From contig JBKHGE010000008.1 of the NCBI GenBank assembly GCA_046539845.1, forward strand, positions 1-64,000: a stretch of 64,000 nucleotides of DNA, read 5' to 3'. Below the pieces are notes generated by a model, which was not told the DNA's origin, did not search any database, and was given only the letters and a program-made list of their open reading frames with translations. The position numbers were made by a program, and so were the translations under genes. This document shows, one piece after another, positions 49,501 to 60,630 of this stretch (its first letter is position 1; the number at the start of each line of letters is the position of its first letter). Origin of the DNA: Desulfonatronovibrionaceae bacterium. Lineage in GTDB: Bacteria; Desulfobacterota; Desulfovibrionia; Desulfovibrionales; Desulfonatronovibrionaceae.

Positions 49501-50343
49501 ATGATTAGAAAATTGTCCATTATTTTGTGCATGTGTCTGTTCTTGTTTGCCTGCAAAGGGGATAAGCCTCTACCGGATTATTTCGGAAGCGACCAGCCGG
49601 CCCGGGAATTCGTGCAGAGCGAGGAGTTCTCCGTGACTCTTAGCCCAGAGGAACTGGCTCAGGAGAAGGTTTCCGGGGAAAAAGAGACCAGAGCCAAGCT
49701 ACGCGAGACCGCCCGGGATAAGGGGATGAAGCTCGTTTTGCGCGAATACGTGAACGATGCTTATCTCCTGGAGGGAGGGAACGATGATTCCATGCTTTCT
49801 ACCGACATAAATTATATGGATTTTTCCGGACGGATCGATCCCAAGGAAGCCCCGGTGACCGGGGATTTTTCTCAGAAGTTCAGGGTCCGGGCGAGGATGA
49901 CCCCGGACTGGAAGCTGGTCGGCAAGATCGTCAAACTGGAGGACGATCGCTATGTGGCCAGCTACGGGGACCGGTGCACTGTGGTCCCCATCGAGTTTTT
50001 CCCCTCCGAGGAGCCGGCCTATTTTCTGGTCGCTCGGCCGGTAAGGGAGATGAACAAGAGCCTGCTCCGGGTGATAGGCTCGGGCAAATTGATACATCCG
50101 GCCACCCGGGAACGGTCGGTAACCGTGGATCGTACCTATACCGGAAATATAGTCCAGGTCGAGCTTTTGGAGACCTCGGAAGAGATAATGAAAGGGGATG
50201 TGGTCATCTGGCTGCAGGCGGAGTTGACCGCCCTGCCGAATAAGGTGGCCGAAAGCGTCCCCACGGACACCCCGGATATGGAGGAAGTGATAGTGGAGCC
50301 GGAATTCCGGGAGACTGAAGAGGAACCCAAGGAGACCAAGTAG
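49501..50343 (+). CDS. Hypothetical lipoprotein
   Basis: Lipobox LFAC after a hydrophobic stretch; acidic C-terminus. Confidence 0.75.
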   Translation: MIRKLSIILCMCLFLFACKGDKPLPDYFGSDQPAREFVQSEEFSVTLSPEELAQEKVSGEKETRAKLRETARDKGMKLVLREYVNDAYLLEGGNDDSMLSTDINYMDFSGRIDPKEAPVTGDFSQKFRVRARMTPDWKLVGKIVKLEDDRYVASYGDRCTVVPIEFFPSEEPAYFLVARPVREMNKSLLRVIGSGKLIHPATRERSVTVDRTYTGNIVQVELLETSEEIMKGDVVIWLQAELTALPNKVAESVPTDTPDMEEVIVEPEFRETEEEPKETK

Positions 50344-50429
50344 CCGGTCCTTTTGAGTCCTTTGTGGTTATATATTGTCGCTAATATGGGTCTGCTGAAT
50401 AATATCGGTTTCAATACAGGAGCATTGTC

Positions 50430-50888
50430 TTGGACATTCTGGTCATAAACGGACCCAACCTGGGGGCCCTGGGCGAGAGACAACCCGGGATTTACGGTAG
50501 TCTGGGGATGGATGCGCTCCCGGGACTGGCCCGCAAAAACATCCCGGATTTTGACTCCCGGGCCGAGTTGCATTTTTTTCAGGCCAACGGGGAAGGCCAG
50601 CTCATAGACAGGCTGGAAGAGGCTCGGAAGCAGGGCCAGAACGGACTGGTGATCAATCCCGGGGCTTACACCCACACCAGTTTGGCCCTGGCCGATTGTC
50701 TGGCCTGGATCAATATCCCGTATGTGGAAGTGCATTTAAGTAATGTCCAGGCCCGGGACAGGATAAGGCGCGAAAGCCTTGTCGCGGCTAGCGCCCTGGG
50801 CACGGTTGCCGGATTCGGACTTATGAGTTATGTGCTCGGCCTTCAGGCCTTACTGGCTCATCTGGAAAAACCGAAAACGGAGGAATAA
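50430..50888 (+). CDS. aroQ: Type II 3-dehydroquinate dehydratase
   Basis: [30 protein letters not shown]. Confidence 0.96.
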   Translation: MDILVINGPNLGALGERQPGIYGSLGMDALPGLARKNIPDFDSRAELHFFQANGEGQLIDRLEEARKQGQNGLVINPGAYTHTSLALADCLAWINIPYVEVHLSNVQARDRIRRESLVAASALGTVAGFGLMSYVLGLQALLAHLEKPKTEE

Positions 50889-51445
50889 TGCTGTCCACCA
50901 CTGATTTCAGGCGCGGGCTGAAGATAGAAATGGATGACAATCCATACGAGATAGTGGATTTTTTGCATGTAAAACCAGGCAAGGGCGGGGCGTTTGTCCG
51001 GTCCAAGCTGAAAAATATGCTTACCGGTTCTGTTACAGATCACACCTTCCGCTCCGGGGAAAAAATGAAAAAACCGGACCTGGAAACCAGGACCATGCAG
51101 TATCTGTATCACGATGGAAACAATCATGTGTTTATGGATATGACCAGCTACGAACAGTTGGAAGTGCCCGAGGAAACCCTGGGTGACAAGGGCGGGTTTT
51201 TAAAAGAGGGCCAGGAGCTTAAGGTCCTGGTCTACAACGGGCAGATAATCGATATCGATCTACCGGCCGGAGTGGTCCTGGAGGTCCGGGATACCGAGCC
51301 CGGCATAAAGGGGGATACGGTTTCCGGGGCCTCCAAACCAGCCACGCTGGAAACCGGTCTGGTGATCAACGTGCCTTTGTTTATAGAGGTCGGAGAAAAA
51401 ATAAAGATCGACACCAGGAACAAAGAATACCTAGGCAGGGGATAG
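50888..51445 (+). CDS. efp: Elongation factor P
   Basis: [27 protein letters not shown]. Confidence 0.98.
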   Translation: MLSTTDFRRGLKIEMDDNPYEIVDFLHVKPGKGGAFVRSKLKNMLTGSVTDHTFRSGEKMKKPDLETRTMQYLYHDGNNHVFMDMTSYEQLEVPEETLGDKGGFLKEGQELKVLVYNGQIIDIDLPAGVVLEVRDTEPGIKGDTVSGASKPATLETGLVINVPLFIEVGEKIKIDTRNKEYLGRG

Positions 51446-51462
51446 CCGGGGAGCCAAGCCCG

Positions 51463-51497
51463 AAAAAGGCCATGAAGGCGGACTTCATGGCCTTTTT
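51463..51497 (+). terminator. Intrinsic terminator after efp
   Basis: AAAAAGGCCATGAAG-GCGGA-CTTCATGGCCTTTTT. Confidence 0.85.
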
Positions 51498-51584
51498 AGC
51501 TTGTTTTGTCTTTCCCTTGTCCCCGGCCGGAGACATGCCCGCAAACCGGCGCGGCAAGCACAAACCAAGGAGCAAACGGCGTTT

Positions 51585-53228
51585 ATGAAGACCAAATTTA
51601 TTTTTGTCACGGGGGGCGTGCTCTCCTCCCTGGGTAAAGGATTGGCTTCCGCTTCCCTGGGGGCGCTCCTCAAGGCGCGGGGACTGAAAGTGACCATCCA
51701 GAAGCTCGATCCGTATATCAATGTGGATCCCGGGACCATGAATCCCTTCCAGCACGGTGAGGTGTACGTAACCGACGACGGGGCCGAGACTGATCTGGAT
51801 CTGGGACATTATGAGCGCTACCTGGGCCAGTCACTCAGCCAGAATAACAACTTTACCTCCGGGAGCATATACAATGCGGTCATCGGCAAGGAGCGCCGGG
51901 GGGACTATCTGGGCGGGACCGTACAGGTTATCCCTCATGTGACCGATGAAATCAAAGATTGCGTGCGCAACGTGGTTCAGGACGAGGAGGACGTGGCCAT
52001 CATCGAGATCGGGGGTACGGTTGGGGACATCGAAGGCCTGCCTTTTCTGGAGGCTATCCGTCAACTGCGTTCGGATATGGGCAAGGAGAACGTGCTGTAT
52101 ATCCATCTGACCCTGCTCCCGTATATGCGGGCGGCCGGGGAGCTTAAGACCAAGCCCACTCAGCACAGTGTAAAGGAGCTGAGGAGTATCGGCATCCAGC
52201 CGGATATAATCCTCTGTCGATCGGAGGTGGATGTAAGCGAAGACATCAAGGGCAAAATCGCGCTTTTTTGCAATGTGGACAAGGACGCGGTGTTCACGGC
52301 CAGGGACGTGGACAATATATACGAACTGCCGCTTGCCTTTTACGAGGAGGGGTTGGATCAGAAAGTGGCTATCTTGCTCAAGCTACCGGCCAAGAATCCC
52401 TATCTCAAGGACTGGCACAACCTGGTCCGCCGCGTCCGCAATCCTCGGGGTGCCGCCCGGATAGCCATTGTCGGCAAGTATGTTGATCTGCGTGAATCCT
52501 ACAAGAGTTTGCATGAGGCCCTTGTCCACGGCGGCCTGGAGTACGAGTTAGGAGTTGACTTTACCTATGTGAACTCCGAGGATGTGGACGAGAACAACGT
52601 GGCCGCGATGCTTTCCGGAGCGGACGGGGTGCTTGTCCCCGGTGGATTCGGCTCTCGGGGGGTGGAGGGCAAGATTTTGGCCATAAAATATGCCCGGGAG
52701 AACAAGATCCCGTTTTTCGGGATCTGTCTGGGCATGCAGTGTGCAGTGATAGAATTCGCCCGCAATGTACTGGGGCTTCCCGGGGCCAATTCCGGAGAGT
52801 TTGATCCCAAGACTGAGTACCCGGTCATCTACCTGATGAAGGAATGGTTTGATTTCCGTACTCAGACCGTGCAGAAGAGATGCGAGGAGAGCGAAAAGGG
52901 CGGCACCATGCGCCTGGGTGCCTACCCCTGCGTGCTGCGCAAGGGCACGATGGCCTATGCAGCCTACGGGCAAGAGGAGCTCATGGAGCGGCACAGGCAC
53001 AGATATGAATTCAATAACAAGTTTGCCCAGGATTTGGAAAAGGCGGGGATGGTAGTGAGCGGGACTTCTCCGGACGGAACCCTGGTAGAGATAGTGGAGT
53101 GTTCGGATCATCCTTGGTTTGTGGGCTGCCAATTCCATCCCGAGTTCAGATCCAGGCCGATGTGTCCGCATCCGCTGTTTTCCGAATTCGTAAACGCGGC
53201 CATGAAATACCGGGAAGAGCAGAAGTGA
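51585..53228 (+). CDS. pyrG: CTP synthase
   Basis: [36 protein letters not shown]. Confidence 0.98.
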   Translation: MKTKFIFVTGGVLSSLGKGLASASLGALLKARGLKVTIQKLDPYINVDPGTMNPFQHGEVYVTDDGAETDLDLGHYERYLGQSLSQNNNFTSGSIYNAVIGKERRGDYLGGTVQVIPHVTDEIKDCVRNVVQDEEDVAIIEIGGTVGDIEGLPFLEAIRQLRSDMGKENVLYIHLTLLPYMRAAGELKTKPTQHSVKELRSIGIQPDIILCRSEVDVSEDIKGKIALFCNVDKDAVFTARDVDNIYELPLAFYEEGLDQKVAILLKLPAKNPYLKDWHNLVRRVRNPRGAARIAIVGKYVDLRESYKSLHEALVHGGLEYELGVDFTYVNSEDVDENNVAAMLSGADGVLVPGGFGSRGVEGKILAIKYARENKIPFFGICLGMQCAVIEFARNVLGLPGANSGEFDPKTEYPVIYLMKEWFDFRTQTVQKRCEESEKGGTMRLGAYPCVLRKGTMAYAAYGQEELMERHRHRYEFNNKFAQDLEKAGMVVSGTSPDGTLVEIVECSDHPWFVGCQFHPEFRSRPMCPHPLFSEFVNAAMKYREEQK

Positions 53229-54034
53229 ATCAAATTTTTGAGCGCAGCCTCAAGGACTTGTTCTTTATCGCCGGGCCCTGCGTTTTGGAGAGCAGGGAAA
53301 CTGCTTTGCGCGCGGCTGATGAGCTGGCCAGGATCGCAGTCGAGCTGGATCTTTTTTTGGTATTCAAGAGTTCCTTTGACAAGGCCAACCGCACCTCGGT
53401 GGACAGCTTTCGGGGACCGGGGCTGGAAGCCGGGCTGAAATGGCTTTTGGAGGTCAAGGAGCGCTTTCAGCTGCCGGTTATTACCGATGTGCATCATCCG
53501 CGGCAGGCTGCAGCAGCGGCCGAGGTCGCCGATGTTTTGCAGATACCGGCCTTTTTATGCCGTCAGACCGACCTTTTGCTGGCTGCGGCAAAAACCGGCC
53601 GGGTGGTGAATGTAAAAAAGGGACAGTTTCTTGCCCCGTGGGACATGGAACAAGTGGCCCGCAAATTGTCCACATCCGGAAACAACGATATCTGGCTCAC
53701 TGAACGGGGCACTGCTTTTGGATACAACAACCTGGTGGTGGATTTCCGCTCCATCAAGATCATGCACGATCTGGGCTATCCCGTGGTTTTCGACGCCACC
53801 CACTCCGTGCAGTTGCCCGGGGGCAGGGGACTGTCCTCCGGCGGGAATCGGGAGTACGTTCCGCTTCTGGCCCGAAGCGCAGTGGCGGCCGGCTGCCAGG
53901 GAGTGTTTATGGAGGTCCATCCGGATCCGGATAAAGCATTGTGCGACGGCCCCAATTCCTGGCCCCTGTCCGGGGCCCGGGAGCTCATGATTTCCCTTAT
54001 GCGCATAAGGCGGGCTGTTTATGAAGGCGAGTGA
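53225..54034 (+). CDS. kdsA: KDO-8-phosphate synthase
   Basis: [37 protein letters not shown] start overlaps pyrG stop. Confidence 0.97.
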   Translation: MNQIFERSLKDLFFIAGPCVLESRETALRAADELARIAVELDLFLVFKSSFDKANRTSVDSFRGPGLEAGLKWLLEVKERFQLPVITDVHHPRQAAAAAEVADVLQIPAFLCRQTDLLLAAAKTGRVVNVKKGQFLAPWDMEQVARKLSTSGNNDIWLTERGTAFGYNNLVVDFRSIKIMHDLGYPVVFDATHSVQLPGGRGLSSGGNREYVPLLARSAVAAGCQGVFMEVHPDPDKALCDGPNSWPLSGARELMISLMRIRRAVYEGE

Positions 54035-54548
54035 ACGGGCGGAGAAAATTGAACTTTTTGTCCTGGATGTAGACGGGGTGCTCACTGACGGCGGGCTTTA
54101 CTATGATTCCCGCGGCCGGGTGGCCAAGAGATTTGATGTCCAGGACGGGTTGGGGATCAAGCTGGCCCAGGCGGCCGGGATACACGTGGCCGCGATAAGC
54201 GGACTGGATTCCAGTGCCGTGGAATCCAGGGTCCAGGAATTGGGAATCAGGGAGTATCACGCCGGGCACCGGGAAAAAGTGCCCCTTTTAAAGGATATTT
54301 GCTTTCGACTGGGCGTGGCTCTGGAAAATACGGCCTATATCGGTGACGACTGGGTGGATGCCGGACCCATGCTAGCGGTGGGCCTGCCCATGGCCGTGGC
54401 CAACGCCAGACCGGAGATAAAAGGGATCTCCTGGTGGGTGTCCGCAAGCAGCGGCGGCTGCGGGGCGGTGCGCGAGGCGGTCATGTTCCTTCTCGAGTGT
54501 CAGGGTAAGACAGAAGGGCTGTGGAGGCAATGGGCCGGGAATGATTAA
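54021..54548 (+). CDS. kdsC: KDO-8-phosphate phosphatase
   Basis: DVDGVLTDG, FDVQDG, YIGDD. Confidence 0.95.
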   Translation: MKASERAEKIELFVLDVDGVLTDGGLYYDSRGRVAKRFDVQDGLGIKLAQAAGIHVAAISGLDSSAVESRVQELGIREYHAGHREKVPLLKDICFRLGVALENTAYIGDDWVDAGPMLAVGLPMAVANARPEIKGISWWVSASSGGCGAVREAVMFLLECQGKTEGLWRQWAGND

Positions 54549-55080
54549 AAAGGCCCTGCCCCTGCTGGGTATAGCTCTTTTGGCCGCCGTGATTGTCTGG
54601 GTATGGCTGAAGCGCGATGGCCCGGATGTCGATCCGGCCGGGGTTGAAGATATAAGCGCGGACCTGAGCCTGGAGGGAATCGAGCTCACCCAGGGCCGGG
54701 AGGGGCAGACCCTGTGGGAGCTACAGGCGGACAACGGTACTTATCGCAAGGATTCGCAGCTCATTCGGCTCCGGGAGCCGAAAATAACCTACTATAGAGA
54801 GGGCCGGGAGGAACCGGTCCTGGTTTCCGGCCCCCACGGCCGAGTTAACCAGGCCCGGGACAAGGCGGTAATATTTTCCGGGGTCGAGATGGAGCTCGGC
54901 GAGGATCTGGTGGTGATTGCAGATAATGCCACATATACCGGGGACAACAGGAAACTAGTTCTTCTGGGCAGGGTGCGGGCGACCAAAAAGACTTCCGAGC
55001 TTAACGCCAGCCGCATGATCTATTATCTGGACCAGGAGGTTTTGAAGGCCTTCGGCGGTGTCCGGGCCCGGATAGAGTGA
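54541..55080 (+). CDS. lptC: LPS export protein LptC
   Basis: Single N-terminal TM, beta-rich, position between kdsC and lptA. Confidence 0.8.
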   Translation: MIKKALPLLGIALLAAVIVWVWLKRDGPDVDPAGVEDISADLSLEGIELTQGREGQTLWELQADNGTYRKDSQLIRLREPKITYYREGREEPVLVSGPHGRVNQARDKAVIFSGVEMELGEDLVVIADNATYTGDNRKLVLLGRVRATKKTSELNASRMIYYLDQEVLKAFGGVRARIE

Positions 55081-55147
55081 AAACCGTTGCCTGCGGGAGC
55101 GGCTGTGGAAAAAACACCGGCTGCGGTCGGGAGACAGGATTTCGGGA

Positions 55148-55678
55148 ATGAAGATATTCAGACTGGGTGCGCTTGTTGTTTTGTTGTTGACTCTCTGTGC
55201 TGCGGTGCAGGCTGAACAGGACAGAGTGCCCACCCGCATCACCTCCGAAGACATGACCTATTCCGGAAAGGCCCGGGAGGTTGTGTTTGAAAAGGATGTG
55301 CATGCGGTGCGGCGCGATTTTGAACTGTGGTCGGACCGGCTGATCGTGCATTTATCCGAGGCCCCGCAGGGAAACGGGACCGGCGAGGGAAGACTGCCCG
55401 GCGGTGAAGACGCCGAGGTGGAGCGGATCGTGGCCCTGGACAACGTCCGCGTCAAGAGCGGTGAACGCAGGGGCAACTGCACCAAGCTGGTTTATGAGAC
55501 AGCGACTGAGATAATCACCATGACCGGAGACCCGGTGCTCATCCAGAAAGAGAACACGATCAGCGGGGACAAAATTGTCATAAATGTGCGCGAGGATACT
55601 TCCGAAGTGTTCAGCGGGGGAGAGAAACGCGTGCAGGCGGTCTTTTATTCCGACCCGGACGAAGAGGTTGACAGATAA
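55148..55678 (+). CDS. lptA: LPS transport periplasmic protein LptA
   Basis: Signal peptide, OstA-like beta pattern, upstream of lptB. Confidence 0.85.
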   Translation: MKIFRLGALVVLLLTLCAAVQAEQDRVPTRITSEDMTYSGKAREVVFEKDVHAVRRDFELWSDRLIVHLSEAPQGNGTGEGRLPGGEDAEVERIVALDNVRVKSGERRGNCTKLVYETATEIITMTGDPVLIQKENTISGDKIVINVREDTSEVFSGGEKRVQAVFYSDPDEEVDR

Positions 55679-56409
55679 TGACCGCGTTGAGTGTGCTCAG
55701 TTCCAAGGACCTGTACAAGCGCTACGGGATGAAGGAGGTGGTCCGCGGGATTTCTCTGGAGGTTTTGCAGGGGGAAATCGTGGGCCTGCTCGGGCCGAAC
55801 GGGGCCGGAAAAACAACCACTTTCTACATGCTGGTGGGGATTATAAGGCCCAGCCAGGGAAGAGTGTTTGTGGATTCCCGGGAGACCACCCGGCTTTCTT
55901 TGCCCAAAAGGGCCGGACTCGGGCTGAGTTATCTGCCCCAGGAGAGTTCGGTCTTTAAAAAGCTCTCTGTGCAGGACAACCTGCTTTTGATCTTGGAATA
56001 CACGGAGAAATCGCCCCGGGTGCGGAAGGAAAAGGCCCGGGAGCTCATGCACACCCTGGGTATAGAAAAACTGGCCGACCAGAAGGCCTCGTTTCTCTCC
56101 GGAGGGGAACGCCGGCGTCTGGAGATCGCCAGGGCGCTTATCAAGGACCCCAGATTCATCCTGTTGGACGAGCCTTTTGCTGGCATAGACCCCATTGCAG
56201 TGGACGAGATCCAGAAGGTAATCCAGCAACTAAAGGACAGAAATATAGGCGTGTTGATTTCCGACCACAACGTCCGGGAGACCCTGAAGATCTGCGACCG
56301 GGCCTATCTGGTGAGCGAGGGGCGAGTCATACTGAATGGCCCCCCGGAGGCGATCACTCAGGATCCCCATGCCCGCAGGATATATCTGGGGGAATCCTTT
56401 TCCCTGTAG
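55678..56409 (+). CDS. lptB: LPS export ABC ATPase LptB
   Basis: GPNGAGKTTTFY, YLPQESSVF, LSGGERRRLEIAR, DHNVRETL. Confidence 0.97.
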   Translation: MTALSVLSSKDLYKRYGMKEVVRGISLEVLQGEIVGLLGPNGAGKTTTFYMLVGIIRPSQGRVFVDSRETTRLSLPKRAGLGLSYLPQESSVFKKLSVQDNLLLILEYTEKSPRVRKEKARELMHTLGIEKLADQKASFLSGGERRRLEIARALIKDPRFILLDEPFAGIDPIAVDEIQKVIQQLKDRNIGVLISDHNVRETLKICDRAYLVSEGRVILNGPPEAITQDPHARRIYLGESFSL

Positions 56410-56503
56410 ACAGGGCTGTACCTCGCCCCGATTTCAAACGGGTCATCTCCTGAAAAAAGCGTTTTTTCAGAGTTTGCCGCAGGCCGAGACGCGGCCTGTC
56501 GCA

Positions 56504-56532
56504 TTGCCAGATGCTGGTTTCTCAGGTACAGT
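56504..56532 (+). promoter_or_regulatory. Putative sigma70 promoter of rpoN
   Basis: TTGCCA-17 bp-TACAGT. Confidence 0.45.
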
Positions 56533-56569
56533 GAATACTAAGTAAACAGAAGAATAAAACGAAAAGCAC

Positions 56570-58003
56570 ATGGGACTGGAACTCAGACAACAACTGAAAT
56601 TGAGCCAGCAGCTGGTCATGACCCCCCAGCTGCAGCAGGCCATAAAGCTCTTGCAGCTCTCCCGCCTCGAACTAAAGGAGGTTGTCCAGACCGAGCTCTT
56701 GGAGAACCCCCTTTTGGAAGAGTCTGAGACCGAGGCCGAGGAGACACCGGAAAACGAGGAGAGTTACGGGGAAGTCCCCTCGGACGAGAGGGATCTGCAA
56801 AAGACAGCGGATTGGGAAGATTACCTGGGCGAATTCTCCAGCACCGCCAAGCAGTCCCAGATGCGGGAATCCGAGATCCCGGAGGAGATGCAGGCCTTTG
56901 AGGCCAGGTACTCCAGCAAGCCCTCTCTGGAGGGTCATCTTTTGTGGCAGCTGCACCTTTCCGATTTCACCCCCCGGGAGGTGAAGATAGGCGAGCTGAT
57001 AATTGGGCATATCGACGACCGCGGTTATCTGAGTCTCGAGGTCCCGGAGCTGGCTGAGCTGGCTGAAGAGGAACAAGAAAAGGTACACAAGGTCCTGGAG
57101 AGGATCCATTTCTTTGACCCCGTGGGCGTGGGCGCTCGGGATCTTAGGGAGTGCCTCCTCCTTCAGCTCCGGGCAGCCGACCTGGAGGATCCGGTCCTGC
57201 AGAGCCTGGTCAGCGAGCACCTCGAGGATATCGAAAAAAAGAGATTTCAGCCCCTGCTGAAGAAATTCAAGCTTTCCAAAGAGCAGATGTGGGAATATCT
57301 CCTAACCCTGCAGAACCTTGATCCGTATCCGGGATCGGAGTTCGGATCCAGCCAGCCTGTTTATGTCAGCCCGGATATTTTTGTCTACAGCTATGAGGAC
57401 GAATTTGTGATCGTTTTGAACGACGACGGCCTGCCCAAACTGCAGCTGAGCCCCTTTTACGGAGAGGCACTCCACGCGGCCAAAAATAGGAAGGCCGGGA
57501 GCGGCGAGGACGAATATCTCCAGGACAAGATGCGCTCCGCTATGTGGCTGATGAAGAGCCTGCACCAAAGGCAGCGTACCCTATACAAGGTGGCCGAGAG
57601 CCTGGTCCGTTTTCAACGCGATTTCTTCTGGCACGGGGTGAGCCAACTCCGGCCCTTGATACTCAAGGACGTGGCCGAGGACATAGAAATGCACGAATCA
57701 ACGGTCAGCCGCATCACCACAAACAAGTACATGTCCACTCCGCACGGCATATTCGAGCTCAAGTTTTTCTTTAACAGCGGACTGGGCTCGTCCTCCGGGG
57801 GCGGGGATGTAGGCTCGGCCAGCGTCAAGGCCGCGATAAAGGAGATGATCGAAAACGAGGACAGCAAAAAGCCCCTGAGCGACGAGGTCATTGCCGAGCG
57901 CCTGGAAAAGTCCCTGGGCGTGAACATCGCCCGCAGGACCGTGGCCAAATACCGTTCCGCATTGGGCATTTCATCCTCGTCTAAGAGAAAGGAGTTCTTT
58001 TGA
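56570..58003 (+). CDS. rpoN: RNA polymerase sigma-54 factor
   Basis: QLVMTPQLQQAIKLLQ, HESTVSR, RpoN box ARRTVAKYR. Confidence 0.98.
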   Translation: MGLELRQQLKLSQQLVMTPQLQQAIKLLQLSRLELKEVVQTELLENPLLEESETEAEETPENEESYGEVPSDERDLQKTADWEDYLGEFSSTAKQSQMRESEIPEEMQAFEARYSSKPSLEGHLLWQLHLSDFTPREVKIGELIIGHIDDRGYLSLEVPELAELAEEEQEKVHKVLERIHFFDPVGVGARDLRECLLLQLRAADLEDPVLQSLVSEHLEDIEKKRFQPLLKKFKLSKEQMWEYLLTLQNLDPYPGSEFGSSQPVYVSPDIFVYSYEDEFVIVLNDDGLPKLQLSPFYGEALHAAKNRKAGSGEDEYLQDKMRSAMWLMKSLHQRQRTLYKVAESLVRFQRDFFWHGVSQLRPLILKDVAEDIEMHESTVSRITTNKYMSTPHGIFELKFFFNSGLGSSSGGGDVGSASVKAAIKEMIENEDSKKPLSDEVIAERLEKSLGVNIARRTVAKYRSALGISSSSKRKEFF

Positions 58004-58130
58004 ATCCTTTTTAAGAAAACGGGTTTAAAAACCGCACCGATTGGTGCATTATTTAATGCAGCTATGCAATGAGGCCGATTTCCGCAGGCGGAAATCCGGA
58101 GTTAATATCCACTAAATGAAGGGGGATTCA

Positions 58131-58679
58131 ATGAAAATCAAATTCAATTTCAAGAATTTCGAACCTTCGAATCACTTAAAGGAATACGCGCGGGAGCGCT
58201 TTATGAAGTTGGGCAAATATCTCCCGGACAGCGAGAATGCCGAGCTTCAGATAAATATGGAAGTGGAGAAATTCAGGCATATCGCCGACGTAACCCTTAC
58301 CGGCAAGGACGTACATCTGTCCGCTACCGAGGAGAGCGAGGATATGTACAGCTCGGTGGATTTGAGCCAGGACAAGCTCGAGGCCCAGCTGCGTAAGGTC
58401 CGGGACAAGATCAAGGACAAGCGCAAAAAGGGCAAGGGCAAGTCCGTGCGCATGGACGTGATCAGCTTCAGCGAGTCCGAAGGCGGGGAGCGGGAGCCGG
58501 TGGTGGAAAAGACCGACCACTACGAACCCAAGCCCATGTCCGTGGATGAGGCCGCTATGCAGCTCGACGCCCTGAATTACGAGTTTCTGGTCTTCATCAA
58601 CGCCGAGGTCGGGGAACGGGTAAACGTCATATACAGGAGAAAAAACGGGGATTTCGGTTTGATTGATCCCGGGATATAA
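58131..58679 (+). CDS. hpf: Long-form ribosome hibernation promoting factor
   Basis: DMYSSVD..KLEAQLRK; C-terminal KPMSVDEAAMQL..VIYRRKNGDFGLI. Confidence 0.93.
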   Translation: MKIKFNFKNFEPSNHLKEYARERFMKLGKYLPDSENAELQINMEVEKFRHIADVTLTGKDVHLSATEESEDMYSSVDLSQDKLEAQLRKVRDKIKDKRKKGKGKSVRMDVISFSESEGGEREPVVEKTDHYEPKPMSVDEAAMQLDALNYEFLVFINAEVGERVNVIYRRKNGDFGLIDPGI

Positions 58680-58685
58680 ACGCAG

Positions 58686-59132
58686 ATGAAACTGGCAAGT
58701 TATATAGATGACGATCTGGTGCTCCCGGACCTTTCAGCCGGGACCAAGGAAGGGGTCCTGGCTGAACTGGTCCGGCCTCTGGCGGAAAAATTGAACAGGG
58801 ACGGGAAAACCCTGTACGACATCCTTGTCAATCGGGAGAATCTGGGGACCACCGGGATAGGCGAAGGCGTAGCCATTCCCCATGGCAAGGCGGATTTCCT
58901 GGACGAGCTGTATTTGGTGGTGGGCCGGAGCAGAAACGGTGTGGATTTTGCCGCACTGGACCACAAACCTGTGTATATCATCTTTCTGCTTCTGGCCCCG
59001 GAAAAGAGTGCGGGCAAGCATTTGAAGCTTTTGGCCTTTATCTCCAAGCTGCTTCTGGATCAGGAATTCAGACGCGGGTTCATGGATGCCGCCGGCAGAC
59101 AGGAGCTGGCGGGATACTTAAAATCGGTGTAG
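58686..59132 (+). CDS. ptsN: PTS IIA(Ntr)
   Basis: RENLGTTGIGEGVAIPHG; in the rpoN operon. Confidence 0.92.
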   Translation: MKLASYIDDDLVLPDLSAGTKEGVLAELVRPLAEKLNRDGKTLYDILVNRENLGTTGIGEGVAIPHGKADFLDELYLVVGRSRNGVDFAALDHKPVYIIFLLLAPEKSAGKHLKLLAFISKLLLDQEFRRGFMDAAGRQELAGYLKSV

Positions 59133-59269
59133 CAGTCGGCTGAAAAATATCCTTGACCGGTTGGGTGGCAGAAGTTCAAGTATTTATTTCCGGACCACGC
59201 GCTTTGGCCTTGAACTCTTTTGCCCGGCTGCGGGACAAGATGTTTTCAACACTCAGTCAGGGAAGACGA

Positions 59270-60163
59270 ATGCACAGGGATCTGGACGGTGAGGAATTCC
59301 CCGTGGTGGTTGTTTCCGGGCTCTCCGGGGCAGGCAAGAGCACGGCTATAAATGTGTTCGAGGACATGGGGTTTTATTGTCTGGACGGTTTGCCGCTCGG
59401 ATTCCTGCCCGATGTGGTCCGCGAGCTTGTGACCGCCGGGTCCGGGCATTACCGGGGTCTGGCCGTGGGTCTGGATCTGCGCCAAAAGGGATTTGAACAG
59501 CAGTGGGCAGATGTCCGGGACCGTCTTCAGCTCCCGGGCGGCAGGCTGCACGTGGTCTTTCTGGAGGCCGAGCTGAGGGAGCTCGTCCACCGCTATGCCC
59601 AGACCAGGCGCCCTCATCCCTTGGAATCCGGAAAGCTGGGCCTTGAGCAGGCACTGGTCCGGGAAAAAGAGCGTTTAGCCGCTGTTCGGGATGAGGCGGA
59701 CTTGGTCCTGGATACCACTTCCTTTTCCATCCATGATCTGCGCCGCAAGCTGCAGGCCAAGTGGGAGGCGGTCGGTTTGCCTGATTCCGGCATGCGTCTG
59801 CATCTGATTTCCTTCGGGTTCAAGCACGGTGTGCCGCTGGAGGCGGATATGGTTTTGGACTTGCGTTTTTTGCCCAATCCCTTTTTCGAGTCTGAATTGC
59901 GCTTGCTCACAGGCGAGGACGAAAAAGTGCGTGCATATATCCTGGATCGGGAACCGGGCAGGACCTTTATCAGCAACTTGCGGCAGTTTTTGGAGTTTTT
60001 GATTCCCCTGTATGCCGAGGAAGGCAGATACCGCCTTACCCTGGCCCTGGGCTGTACGGGTGGTATGCATCGTTCCGTAGCGGTTTCCGGGATTGTGGCC
60101 GGGTTTCTGCGTGACCAGGGCTATGCCCTGTCTCTGGAACATCGGCATATGCACCTGGGATGA
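59270..60163 (+). CDS. rapZ: RNase adapter RapZ (YvcJ/YhbJ)
   Basis: GLSGAGKS, TRRPHPL, SFGFKHG, RFLPNP, GCTGGMHRSV. Confidence 0.95.
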   Translation: MHRDLDGEEFPVVVVSGLSGAGKSTAINVFEDMGFYCLDGLPLGFLPDVVRELVTAGSGHYRGLAVGLDLRQKGFEQQWADVRDRLQLPGGRLHVVFLEAELRELVHRYAQTRRPHPLESGKLGLEQALVREKERLAAVRDEADLVLDTTSFSIHDLRRKLQAKWEAVGLPDSGMRLHLISFGFKHGVPLEADMVLDLRFLPNPFFESELRLLTGEDEKVRAYILDREPGRTFISNLRQFLEFLIPLYAEEGRYRLTLALGCTGGMHRSVAVSGIVAGFLRDQGYALSLEHRHMHLG

Positions 60164-60186
60164 TCCGGAAAAGAATCGGAGGTGAG

Positions 60187-60630
60187 ATGACCGAAATAGT
60201 TCTGGTAACCCACGGCAACTTTGGACAAAGCCTTTTGGACACCGCCCGGACCATAGTCGGCGAGGAGGCCGAGGCCCGGGTGATTGGGGTGGACGTGTCC
60301 CGGCCAATGGACGATATCCTGGAGGAACTGCGCAAGGCCGTGGACAGCACCGATTCCAGCCACGGTGTTTTGGTCCTCACGGATATGTTTGGAGGCACCC
60401 CGACCAATATCAGCCTGTCGCTTCTGGGCAGCGGTAAGCTAGAAGTGGTCACCGGAGTCAATTTGCCCATGGTCATTAAGGCCCTGACCGCCAGAAACGA
60501 ATTGTTCGAGGACCTGGCCGCCGAGGTCAAGTCCGCAGGGAAACAAGGTATTCTAGTGGCCGGGGAGGTTTTGAAAAGGCCGGTTAAAGGCAAGGGAAAA
60601 GAAGCGGACCATGATGTGGGTCAGGATTGA
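60187..60630 (+). CDS. PTS mannose-class IIA component
   Basis: VTHG, LTDMFGGTPTN, TGVNLPM. Confidence 0.93.
   Translation: MTEIVLVTHGNFGQSLLDTARTIVGEEAEARVIGVDVSRPMDDILEELRKAVDSTDSSHGVLVLTDMFGGTPTNISLSLLGSGKLEVVTGVNLPMVIKALTARNELFEDLAAEVKSAGKQGILVAGEVLKRPVKGKGKEADHDVGQD

Noticed and set aside
58034..58060. Sigma54 promoter or NtrC box before hpf
   Set aside because: GG to GC spacing does not fit N10, and GCAC-N6-GTGC is one base short of the NtrC spacing.
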